This document shows, piece by piece, positions 12,502-23,559 of a stretch of DNA of 64,000 nucleotides. How positions within the stretch are numbered: the stretch's first letter is position 1; every line of letters begins with the position of its first letter. The notes under the pieces are model-generated. The model did no database searches and had not been told where the DNA came from. It saw nothing but the letters and a program-made list of their open reading frames with translations. Made by a program: the position numbers and the translations under genes. The DNA is taken from positions 188,172,001 to 188,236,000 of the forward strand of contig NC_086097.1 in assembly GCF_963921235.1 (NCBI RefSeq), read 5' to 3'. The stretch is from Mobula hypostoma (taxonomy: Eukaryota).

Positions 12502-13728
12502 CAGCATTCCCCAACCACCGGGCCGCAAAGCATGTGCTACTGGGCCGTGAGGAAACAATATGATTTGGCGATATGAGTCAGCTGCACCTTCCCTCATTCC
12601 CTGTCAAGCCCACTGTTGAGCCATTGCGCATGCGAGGTCATTACTCGCGCGTCATCCATGTCAGCGCGGGAAGGAGATCAACTCCTTGAGCTTGCAAATG
12701 ACGACGGGCTGAAAAGTATGTTTGACATAACAACTCTGCCGGCATTCTGGATCAAAGTTACGGCTAAATATCCTGAGATAGCCACAAATGCACTGAAAAC
12801 GTTGCTTCCATTTCCAACATTTTTCTGCAAAGCGGAGTTTTCTGCAATGAATGCTGCGAAAACTAAATTGTGTAATAGACAGGACATAAGGAACCCCCTT
12901 CGAGTATCACTGTCTCCCATCACCCCTCGATAGGACCGTGTTGTTGCAGGGAAACAAACCCAGGGCTCCCACTGATTCAGCGATATTGGTGTGTTGCGAT
13001 GATTCTATATGTTCATACGGGGAAAATATGTGCTGTGTGTTTAATATCCAAATGTTACTTAAATGTTATGATGCTATTGACTTACTTATATAACCATATA
13101 ACAATTACAGCGTGGAAACAGGCCATCTCGGCCTTCTAGTCCGTGCCGAACGCTACTCTCACCTAGTCCCACCGACCTGCACTCAGCCCATAACCCTACA
13201 TTCCTTTCCTGTCCATATACCTATCCAATTTTTCTTTAAATGATAATATCGAACCTGCCTCTACCACTTCTACTGGAAGTTCATTCAACACTTACTTCAA
13301 GCTCCCCTGATAATTGACTTATCACTATATTCATGCGAGGAAAGTATGTGCTGTGTGTTTAATGTTAAATCCGTTAGATAAACCCTTTTAGAAACGAAAT
13401 TGAGTGTATTAGCCACTTATCACCGATATTCTGGTCGTGATTAATTCCGCGCCCCCCCCCCACCCCGTCGCCGAACAGAATCGGCAAAAATGATTTGCAG
13501 GGGGAAAAGAATCGGCAGGTACAGGCATGCACAGGTCACACATGCGCACTGGTGCCCGCGCAAGGCTTCATGGTCACTGTAGTCTTCCTCTGGGTAAACA
13601 CAACTTATATGAGTGCTACGCTTGTCCGTTGGCAGCCTACTGCACCCCCCTCCCCCCGGTCGGCCGGTCCGCAAGAAAATTGTCAATATTAAACCAGTCC
13701 GCAGTGCAAAAAAGGTTGGGGACCCCTG
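12502..13728 (+). mobile_element. hAT (Buster/Charlie-type) internally deleted DNA transposon
   Basis: TIRs CAGCATTCCCCAACC / GGTTGGGGACCCCTG; 8-bp TSD atatacag / acatacag with central TA; C-terminal dimerisation-domain remnant FWIKVTAKYPEIATNALKTLLPFPT..C...FSAM...KTK..N....LRVSLS.I.PR. Confidence 0.9.
13088..13289 (-). mobile_element. CR1 3'-end fragment inside the hAT element
   Basis: Reverse complement of the 3' end of the CR1 at about 32575-32770; 8-bp TSD acttactt (13080-13087 / 13290-13297). Confidence 0.85.
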
Positions 13729-13733
13729 ACATA

Positions 13734-13799
13734 CAGTACTTTGCAAAAGTCTTAGACGCCCTAGCTAATATATGTGCCTAAGAAATTTGCACAGTACTG
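13734..13799. mobile_element. 66-bp Tc1/mariner-type MITE
   Basis: TA|CAGTACTTTGCAAAAGTCTTAG ... CTAAGAAATTTGCACAGTACTG|TA. Confidence 0.75.
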
Positions 13800-14940
13800 T
13801 ACCTTAGTTTCATCTTTACTTTAAGCAAAGCACGTATGTATGACGTGGTAATGTCATATTGTATGCAATTCACTTATTTTTACATAAAACCCATAAAGAA
13901 TGCTTAATCAAACAATATATTTACAATATTACTCAAATGCTACTGAAATACTAAAAACACAACAGAGATGTTTTAACTAATCTGTTCTGACTGTGGTCTC
14001 CTGATGAGGAAGCCAGTTGCACAGAGGCCCAGGTTTTCAAACTTGTGGATTAGTAGTGAGGGGACAGTGGTAGTGAATTCTGAGCTGTACTAAATAAACA
14101 TCAGCCTGATATATGTTTTGTTGTCCAGGTGCTCTGAATCTGAGTGGATAGTCAGTGAGATTGCATCGCTGTAGACCTCTGCAGCTTCTGCAACTTTATT
14201 AACTATTAGTTAGGCCACAACAGGACTGAAAGAAGCTACAGAAAGTTGTAAAACTAGTCAGCTCCTTCTTGGATACTATCCTCCATATTATCCAAGACAT
14301 CTTCAAGGAGTGGTGCCTCAGAAAGGCAGCGTCTATTATTAAGGACTCCCATCACCCAGGACTTGCCCTCTTTTCATTGTTACAGTCAGGAAGGAGGTAC
14401 AGAAGCCTGAAGGCACACACTCCGCGATTCCGGAATAGCTTCTTCCTTCTGCCATCTGATTTCTAAATGGACATTGAACCCATGAACATTACCTCACTTC
14501 TTTTATTTTTTTCATTTTGCACTACTATTTTTAATTTAACTATTTAATATACATATATACTTACTGTAATTCATTTTTCTATATTTATCATATATTGCAT
14601 TGTACTGCTGCTGATAAATTAACAAATTTCTCAATATATGCCAGTAATATTAAGCCTGATTCTGACTCTGATTCTGATTCTAACCTGTTGTGACAGTAGG
14701 CAAACTATAAAGGTGTAAGTCTTTGCTCAAGAAAGAGTAAATTCTAGCCTTGATCAACCTCTCAAAGCACTTCACCACAGTAGATGTGATTGCTACTGGG
14801 CAATAGTTGCTAAAGCAGCTCACCTTGCTCTTCTTGGATGCCAGTATGATTAATGCCCTTTTGAAGCTGGTAGGAACCTCTGACAGTAGCAGTGAGAGAT
14901 TGAAGAATGGGTAGCATCTAAACCAATCAATTTATTGGAT

Positions 14941-15075
14941 TGTCCTGACGAAGGGTCTTGGCCTGAAACATCGACTGTACCTCTTCCTAGAGATGCTGCC
15001 TGGGTGGCTATGTTCACCAGCAACTTTTATGTGTGTTACTTGAAATTCCAGCATCTGCAGATTTCCTCGTGTTTG
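14941..15075 (+). mobile_element. 135-bp solo Penelope-like terminal repeat starting at a hammerhead motif
   Basis: 13-bp TSD caatttattggat (14928-14940 / 15076-15088); GTC-CTGACGA-AGGGTCTTGGCCT-GAAACATC-GAC. Confidence 0.85.
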
Positions 15076-15577
15076 CAATTTATTGGATCCTTACTTATTG
15101 GACTAGAAATGTATCACTTTGTAAAACAAGTCATATCAGGCTAGCCACATGATATTACATTCCATTACAAACAATGGAATATGAAAGTAAAACATATTCA
15201 CTTCGCTATGTCATACTTTGTACTCTTGCTGAGAAAGGTTATATACACCAAAAATCAAACTAGAGTGGACATGCATGCTGTATGCTTTAATCCTATGGAT
15301 GAGCTTAATAGGTAGTTAAGAACTGTAAGTGAATCTGTGTTATGCATCAAGGAACAAGGAATATTTCATCTTCAATACATGGCAGGGATTTTGCTAGAGA
15401 TTGAGATGTTCTTCCCAACACGGCGAACTTCATCAACCCGTCTGTAGAAGTATGGGGTAAAAATCTACATTCTCAGTTGCCACTACTATTGCAGTTTGTT
15501 GGTCTTTGATGTCCACCACAGCTTGCCTCTACACACTTGTCAAACACTGGGAGACTAAAGAAAGGGAAAGGTGTTGC

Positions 15578-15867
15578 TGTAGCGATGAGCTACACACAGA
15601 GCTAGAAATAACAACACGCAGTCTGTAAGTTGCACTCGAGATTAGTTTATTCAAACTTAGCGGCACTGGCTTTTACGTAGTTCCGTTCCCGCGCTCTCCG
15701 GGCGGAAATGACATCAGAGGTGCATTAGAAAAGTCTCTTCCCGCGCGTGGGCTTTCCCCCCTTGCTGGTGAAGAAGAAGACCCAGTGCCATTTTGGGGCT
15801 GGCTTCTCTGCCGACGCGCACGCCATTTTGTGAGCCGGTTCACCTGTGTAGAAAGTGGGTCGCCACA
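15578..15867 (-). mobile_element. Solo LTR, 290 bp (Gypsy-like by its 4-bp TSD)
   Basis: TGTAGCGA...TCGCCACA inverted ends; TSD ttgc (15574-15577 / 15868-15871); AATAAA on the - strand at 15646-15651. Confidence 0.85.
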
Positions 15868-15939
15868 TTGCCATCTATTCCTCGAAGTGTTCTCATGCAT
15901 CCATTAAACTAATGCTGATTTATTTAGACATTATATTAC

Positions 15940-16460
15940 TGCACAATCCCCATATCCCTTAACATTCCAGAAATGTGTGCTTTAACAAATGATGATTGAG
16001 TGCTCCAGCTCATTGTGATAGAGAAAAATTACTAGTCTCAGATTGAAGAAATTTCTTCCCTTTTGGCCTTCAATAACCTACCATATATTCTGACTTTGTG
16101 ACCGCCTGGTTCTACACTCTTTAGCCACGAAAGCATCCTCTCTATTTGCAGTCTACTGTAAGTTATCATAAATTTCAATGAGATTTCCTCTCTTAAGAGA
16201 ATGCAGGTCTGGTCTACTGGATTTCTTCTCATGGCGGAAAACCTGCCATCCCTGGAATCAGTTTCATGAAACTCCTCTACATTCCCTGTATATGAAGTCT
16301 ATATTTTTTTTTAAGTAAGGAAACCAAAACTGTGTAATATTCCAGAAACGGTCTTGCTAAGTCCCCTTATAAACGCAATAAGACATCTTTATTCCAGTGC
16401 TCAAATTATCTCATAGTAAAAGCCAACATACCATTAGTTTTCCTAATTGATTGCTGCATA
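15940..16460 (-). mobile_element. Old CR1 3' fragment
   Basis: Decayed homology to the 3' part of the CR1 at 35155-35850. Confidence 0.55.
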
Positions 16461-19448
16461 TGCATTCAAAAATTGTCTGCTTTTCTGTTTTGTGTATTGA
16501 ACTTATCATTTTTCAATATTATCATGTATCTGCTATGTTCTTGCCCTCTCAACTCAGCTTTCCTATATCTTTTTCAAACATTTTTATTTCATTCTCCGTG
16601 CTCACATTTCCACTTAATAATGCAGTTTCAGTTCAAGATAATGTCAAGCTTGTCATAAGATGTTAAGTAAATCAGTGCCATAGAGTCAGTGGCACCATAT
16701 ACCATAGGGAAGCATTCAATCTTGAATCCAGTAAGAAAGAATACAATGACTAACTCTGTTCTCAGTACTACCATCACTTCTGAGGAGAAATTTTACCCAG
16801 TCTGTATGCATCTATCTTCTGTACAGCCTCTGTTATCAAAATTGTCTTCAATATCAACCAATTTCCTAAAAATTTGAAACATCGTACCAGTGTGCAAAAG
16901 TACATCACCATACATTTCAATGTAAAACCATGGCATAAACTATTAAATAATTGTTCATAATCCACTAAATAAAACAGGTTGACAGTGACCATTATAAATT
17001 CTGATTAACATCATGCAGAGCTTTGCAAAGATAAAGGGATCCTACTAATCCTGGGCTTCACCATGGAACTCCAAAATGGCAGCAGTGTAGTCAAATTATC
17101 ATTGCATACTGGCATCATGATCTGCCATCTCTGCATGCCATCAGCAGCTGTTAAATGTACATTAGCAAATCCTTTAACAAATGGTACACAGAGTAAATTT
17201 TTACCACCTGTGGTGCTTCTGTTGTTCTATGTCGAAGCACACAAGATGAGATGCCTTAGATGCCAGTGTCATAGAAATTATCCAGTGCATTTTAAATTTA
17301 TAATTAAGACCCATCCATGCCTAGGACTTTCAAATTAAAAAAAATAATTGGTTAACAAGCTTGCATCACTAATGGAAAAATGTTAATATGAAATTCACGA
17401 ATGTTAAATTGAACTCAGTTCACAATGCCTATTGTTATTGTTTTAAGTCTCTTATGGGAAGTGCATTTCAATGGCAAAGCTGATACTCATTGCTCATCTT
17501 AATGAAAATATCATGAGTCACTTGGGTGGAGTTGATGGCCCTTGAACCACTATGGTCATGATGAAGATACTTATTCATTGCTGGCAGAAATTTCAGAGCC
17601 TATTTTCAAATTATGTTGGTGTTTGCCTTGAAGGAAATCTGCTGCAATGTGATAATAACAAGATAAAATGACACAGACAGAAGTATTTTCAGAGCTTAAA
17701 GATCAGCAAACTGTTTTGACAGCTTAATCAACTCAGAAAGCATCCTATTTCTTAATGTTAGGGGATGAGTTGACTATCATTAACCTTTAGCCTATCTGTC
17801 TTTGGCACACCATCACCTAGAAATTACTCAGTGGGCAGTACCACAAAATTTCATGGGAACTGTAGCTACTGCTATAGTGTACCTTCAGTACTATCAGCAT
17901 TTGATGAACTTCTGGTGTCTGATTCTTCTTTAATTCTGAAGAAAAAAAAACACACCTACTTCAGAAACCAATTACAATGTGATTTAAAATATTTTTGAAA
18001 TTGCATGCAAGTTATTTGAATACAAACAGATCAACAAAATATTTTAATCAGAGGTCAAAAATAATAAAAATAATAAGCAATTCACATAGTTCAAAAACAG
18101 ATTGAAAATAAATTTGCTGCTAGAAAAAATGTGATGCAGAATCCCATGGAATACGAAAGTTCAACCTTGCACAGATGGAAGAGTTTTGTAGAATGTGAGA
18201 GACTACTGTGTGCCTTCATATGCTGTAGTTATTTCAAAAATACATGAAGGACATAGTTCAAGGTTCAAGGATCATTTTATTGTCAAAGTATGCATGTACA
18301 ATACAACTCTGATATTTGTCTTCTCCAGATAGCCATGAAATACACAGGAAAAAGGAAAAGAAACAAAACTCGCAGACCCCAGAATCACCCACCCCTCCCC
18401 ACAGCAAAAGATGGTGACAATAACAATCCTCTGGAGCAGCATGTAATCCAGATGTCACGATTCATTTAAAACAATTTGACTGCTTCAGCATGAGATAGAG
18501 ACATATATAATTTTGAATTATTCTGATATTGCATAGGTATATAGAACTATTTCTGAAACTGCCACAGAATAAATTACATTTGATAACATAATTGAATAGT
18601 TTGCTGAGATTTAATAGAAATAGGATATGCTTTTACAGAATAATTTTCTAATTTAAGTAATTTCCCTCACAGAACCCTGACTCAATAAAAACATTCAGCT
18701 TTCCCTCCAAAATATATTAGAAAATCAAGTTCATGTTCACGTTTAATTGTCATTCAAACTTTAATGAACATCCATGAGTACAGCCAAGTGAAACAGCATT
18801 TACTCTGAGTCCAAGGTGCAAAACACAGTACCAACAGTCATACATAGCACAAGGTATATATAGCACATATGAGAAGCAAGCATATATAAGATAGTAGTAA
18901 AATACAATCACACAAAAAAAAATAGCCCAGGTCCCTGAGTCCACGAATGATGTAGCAACCTGCAGTTGAATACAGTACAGCTTCTCTTCTCCTGGGCAAC
19001 ACCGGCTCCAGCGTAGACCCCACGACACACTGCCGCACTTCGGTGAAGCGCCCAACTCTAACGCCTCCCCCAGGCAGTTGCAAACAGGCAATACTGCAAC
19101 TTGAGGCCCAGTCTTCACTACGAATGAGGCCACGCAGCTCCCCCCGCCATCCACCCCTGCTGTACGCCAATAAACCAACTGAATTGGATTTGCAACATTC
19201 CACACCACCAATGTCCAACAGAGTCTTGCAAGCACAGGAAAAGTGATTAAGATGATCACTAACATGAGAAAATCTACAGACGCTGGAAATCCAAAGCAAC
19301 ACACACAAAATGCTGGAGGACCTCAACAGGTCAGGCAGCATCTATGGAAAGGAGTAAACAGTTTGATATTTTGACCCAACACCCTTCATCAGGACAGGAA
19401 AGGAAAGGAGAAGTTAGAGTAAGAAGGTGGGGGGAATGGAAGGAAGAA

Positions 19449-22400
19449 TTGAGCTCTGACTGGTGACCAATCGAGGTATCAGAAGTTTGCAAGCAGGGGA
19501 TTTCACTCAAGTCCACTGACCAAGTCGAGAAAGGCAGCAGTGGATCTCGGCAGTGTAACTGAGCTCTGACGAGCAACCAACCTGGACATCAGAAGTTTGA
19601 GAGGAGGAGATTTCACTCAGGTCTAGTGCCCGATTTTTAAAGAAAAAGTCAGCAACGGATCACAGCAATGTAATTGAGCTCTGACCAGTGAACAATCCAC
19701 ATTCAGCATTGATTAGCAAGAGGAAATTAAAGGAAAGCAGGGGAAAGCGCAATGGCCATTGTCACAGCGGCCATACCCTGAGTGGACAGAGTCAGAGTGG
19801 TGATCTCGAGGTTTTTGTTCTTCGAGGATTCTGCAAAGAGAGATTTCAGTCAGAGAAATCGAAGAAAAGAAAAGCTCTAGATAAAGTTTTTCTTTTCCTT
19901 CCTTTCTTTATATCTGCTCAGCTAGGACAGTAGGGATGCCAGGCAGGATAGTGGAATGCTCCTTTAGCAGGATGTGGGAGGGCAAGAAGACCCCCAGTGT
20001 CCCAAACAATGACAACTGCGAGAAGTGCATCCAGCTACAGCTTCTAACAATCTGTGTTAAGGAGTTGAAGCTGAAACTGGATGAAGTCCAGATCATTTGG
20101 GAGGCTGAAGGGGTGATACATAGGACATATAGAGAGGTAGTCACAGCCCAGATGCAGAACACGGGAAACCAGGTGACTCTCAGAAAAGGGAAAGGAGTTA
20201 AGGAGTCAGTGCAGAGTACACCTGTGGCCATCCCCTCAACAACAGATATACCACTTTGGATATTTTTGGGGGTGTTGAGCTAGCAGAGGAAAGACACAGT
20301 GTAATGCACACAAAAAGCTGGAGGAACTCAGCAGGCCAGGTAGCATTTATGGCGGAATCCCTTTGGCAGGACTGGAGAAAAAAAACTGAGGAGTAGATTT
20401 AAAAGGTGGGGGAGGGGAGAGAGAACTACCAGGTAATAGGTGAAACCTGGAGAGAGAAGGATAAAGTAAAGAGCTGGGAGGTTGATTGGTGAAATGAGGT
20501 GAGAGAGGAAAAAGGGTATGGGAAATGGAAAAGTGGGCATTACCCGACGTTTGAGAAGTCATTGTTCATGCCATCAGGTTGGAGGCTACCCAAACAGAAT
20601 GTAAGGTGTTGTTCCTCCAACCTAAGTGTGGCCTTATCACAACAGTGGAGGAGGCCATGGATGGGCATATCGGAATGGGAACGGGAAGTGGAATTAAAAT
20701 AGGTGGCCACTGGGAGATCCCGCTTCTTCAGGCGGATGGAGCGTAGGTGCTTGGTGAAGCGGTCTCCCAGTCTACATCAGGTCTCATCGCTATACAGGAG
20801 GCCACACCGGGAGCACCAAACACAGTATATGACCCCAGAGACTCACAGATGACGTGTCATCTCACCTGGAAGGACTGTTTAGACCCCTGGATAGTAGTGA
20901 GAGAGGAGGTATAGGGACAGGTGTATGCCAGGATGGATGAATGGACAAGGGAGTTGTGTAGGGAGTGATCCTTATGGAAAGCAGAAAGTGGGGGGGTGGG
21001 GGGAAGGGAAAGGTGTGCGTGGTTGACTGAGTTCCTCCAGTGTTTTGTATGTGTTGCTCAGATTTCCAGCATCTGCAGATTTTCTCTTGTTTGTGGAAAG
21101 ACACAGTGGTCAGGTCTCTGGGCAGAAGAGGCACTCTGTGATAGGGGATTTATTAGTTAGGGGAACGGAAAGAAGGTTCTGTGGGTGAGAACGAAATTCC
21201 CAGATGGTATGTTGCTTTCCAGGAGCCAGGGTCTGGGACAACTTGGAACGAGTCCGCAGCATTCTTAAGTGGGAGGGTGAACAGCCTGAGCCGTGGTCCA
21301 TGTACCAATGACATGGGTTGGACGAGCGACGAAGTTCTGCATAGGGAGCTCAGGGAGTTAGGTGCTAAGTTAAAAGGCAGGACATCCATGGTTGTGATCT
21401 CAGGACTGCTACCCCTGCTTTATGCTACTGAGGCCAGAACTAGGAAGATTATATAGTTTAACACAAGGATAAAGAGTTGGTGTGGGGGTGGGGAGAAGTA
21501 TCGTAGGATTTTCAGATCATTTGTCTCTCTTCCAGGGAAGGCTGGACTTTTACCAAAGGGAGGCTTTCCACCTGAACTGGAGGAGGACTAATATCCTAGT
21601 AGGTAAGTTTGTTAATGCTGCGCAGTGGGGTTTAAACTAGTTGCAGGGAGATTAGAACCAGAGTACCAGACCATTTAGTGGAGAGATTGTGGAGGCAAAT
21701 CTTGATAAGATCTCAGAAAAGCATCCAGAATCAAAATGTGTATAGCAGGTATAGGTAAGTAGGAACAAATGCAGTGCTCATGGAGTACAAGAAATGCAAG
21801 AGAACACTTAAAAGAGAAATCAGGAAGGCTAAAAGAAGGCATGAAGTTGCCCTAGCAAACAAGGTGACAGGAGAATCCTAAAGGATTCTACAGATATGTT
21901 AAGAGCTAAAGGATTGCAAGGGACAAAACTGATCCTGTGGAAGATCAGAATGGTAATCCATGTGTGGAGCCAAAAGAGATGGGGGAGATCATAAATGAAT
22001 TCTTTGCATCTGTATTTACTTGGGAGATGGATACAGAGTCCATAGACGTGAAGCAAAGCAGCATCAACTTAATAGATCCTGTACAGATTACAGAGGAGGA
22101 GGTGTTTGTTACACTAAGGCAAAGCAGGATGAATAAATCCCCAGGGCCTGACAAGGTGTTCCCTTGGTCCCTGCGGGAAGCAAGTGCAGAAATTGCTGCA
22201 GTTCCAGCGGTGTTAATTAAAACATCCTTAGTGACAGGATAAGTACCAGAGGGTAGGAGGATAGCTAATATTGTTTCACCGTTTAAAAAAGGCTCTAAAA
22301 AGAAACCAGGAAATTATAGGCCAGTGAGTCTGACATCAGTTGTGGGAAATTTATTGGACAGTATTCTAGCGACTGGATATATAAATATCTGGAAAGACAA

Positions 22401-23559
22401 GGACTGATTAAGGATAGTCAGCATGGCTTCATGCATGGCAGGTCGTGTTGAACCATTCGTATAGAGTTTTTCAAGGAAGTGACCAGGAAAGTAGATGAAG
22501 GCAAGGCAGTGGATATTGTCTACATGGATTTTAGTAAAGCATTTGATAAGATCCCACATGGGAGGGTGGTCAAGAAGCTTTAGAAGCACGGCATTCAGAA
22601 TGAGGTAGTAGACTGGATTAGACATTGATTTTCTGGGAGAATCTAGAAATTGGTAGTAGAGGGTTGCCTCTCTGAATGGAGGACTATGTGCCGCAGGGAT
22701 CGGTGCTGGTTCCTTTGTTTGTCTGGATGATAATGTGATTAACTGAATCAGCAAATTTGTGGATGACGCCAAGAATGGGGGTGTACTGAACAGTGAAAGC
22801 TATTATGGTTTGCAGAGGGATCTCCATCAGCTGGAAAAATGAGATGAAGAATGGCAGAAGGAATTTAATGCAGACAAGTGCAAAGTTTTGCTCTTCGGTA
22901 GGACCAACCAGTCTTACACAGTGAATGGTAGGCACTGAAGAGTGTGGTAGAACAATGGGATCTGGGAATACAGCTCCACTAACTCATTGAAAGTGACGTC
23001 ACAAGTAGATAGGGTCGTATAGAAAGCCTTTGGCACCTTGGCCTTCATAAATCAATGTATTGAGTACAGAAAATAGGATATTATTTTGAAGGTTGAGAGA
23101 GTGCAGAGAAATTTTACAAGGATATTGCTGGGTCTGGAGGACCTGAATTGTAAGAAAAGATTAAATAGGTTAGGTCTGTATTCTTTAGGATGTAGAAGTT
23201 TGAGAGGAGATTTGATTGAGGTGTGCAAAATTATGAGGGGTATAGATAGGATGAATGCAAGCAGGCTTTTTCCACTGAGGTTGGGTGAGACTACAACCAG
23301 AGGTCATGGGTTATGGTGAAAGGTTAGAAGTTTAAGGGGAACATGAGGGGAAACTTCTTCAATCAGAGGATTGTGAGAGTGTGGAATGAGCTGGTAGCAC
23401 AAGTGGTCCATGTGAATTCGATTTCAACATTTGAGAGAAATTTGGATAGGTACATGGATAGCAGGAATATGGAGGGCTATGGTCCCGGTACAGGTCAATG
23501 GGAGTTGGTAGTTTAAAAGGCCAAAAGCCCTGTTTCTCTACTATAGTTCTCCATGACTC
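19449..23559 (+). mobile_element. 5'-complete but internally deleted, dead CR1 LINE (5' UTR monomers, ORF1 zinc-finger/esterase, RT)
   Basis: ORF1 ECSFSRMWE...CEKCIQLQLL plus esterase-like VIGDLLVRGTERRFCG / MVCCFPGARV; endonuclease missing (jump near 21740); RT with many stops; tail ...ccatgactct. Confidence 0.85.
20302..21094 (-). mobile_element. 5'-truncated Penelope-like element with inverted terminal piece, inside CR1 ORF1
   Basis: 14-bp TSD ggaaagacacagtg (20288-20301 / 21095-21108); GIY-YIG remnant; inverted terminal repeat about 21024-21094. Confidence 0.85.

Larger units (their letters stand above)
12431..13964 (-). mobile_element. Solo LTR (about 230 bp of own sequence) hosting hAT, MITE and CR1 inserts
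   Basis: 5-bp TSD gagat (12426-12430 / 13965-13969); right end ...CACAACA is intact, left end decayed. Confidence 0.55.
11760..14910 (-). mobile_element. Decayed Rex/Babar-like LINE, interrupted by a solo LTR (12431-13964) and an opposite-strand Rex fragment (about 14175-14680)
   Basis: Segments 11760-12430, 13965-14170 and 14681-14910 are reverse-complement homologues of 4130-5489 and are colinear once the inserts are removed. Confidence 0.7.

Noticed and set aside
12616..12933. ZBED/SCAND3-like domesticated transposase gene
   Set aside because: Only a C-terminal fragment with a premature stop, between TIRs and a TSD.
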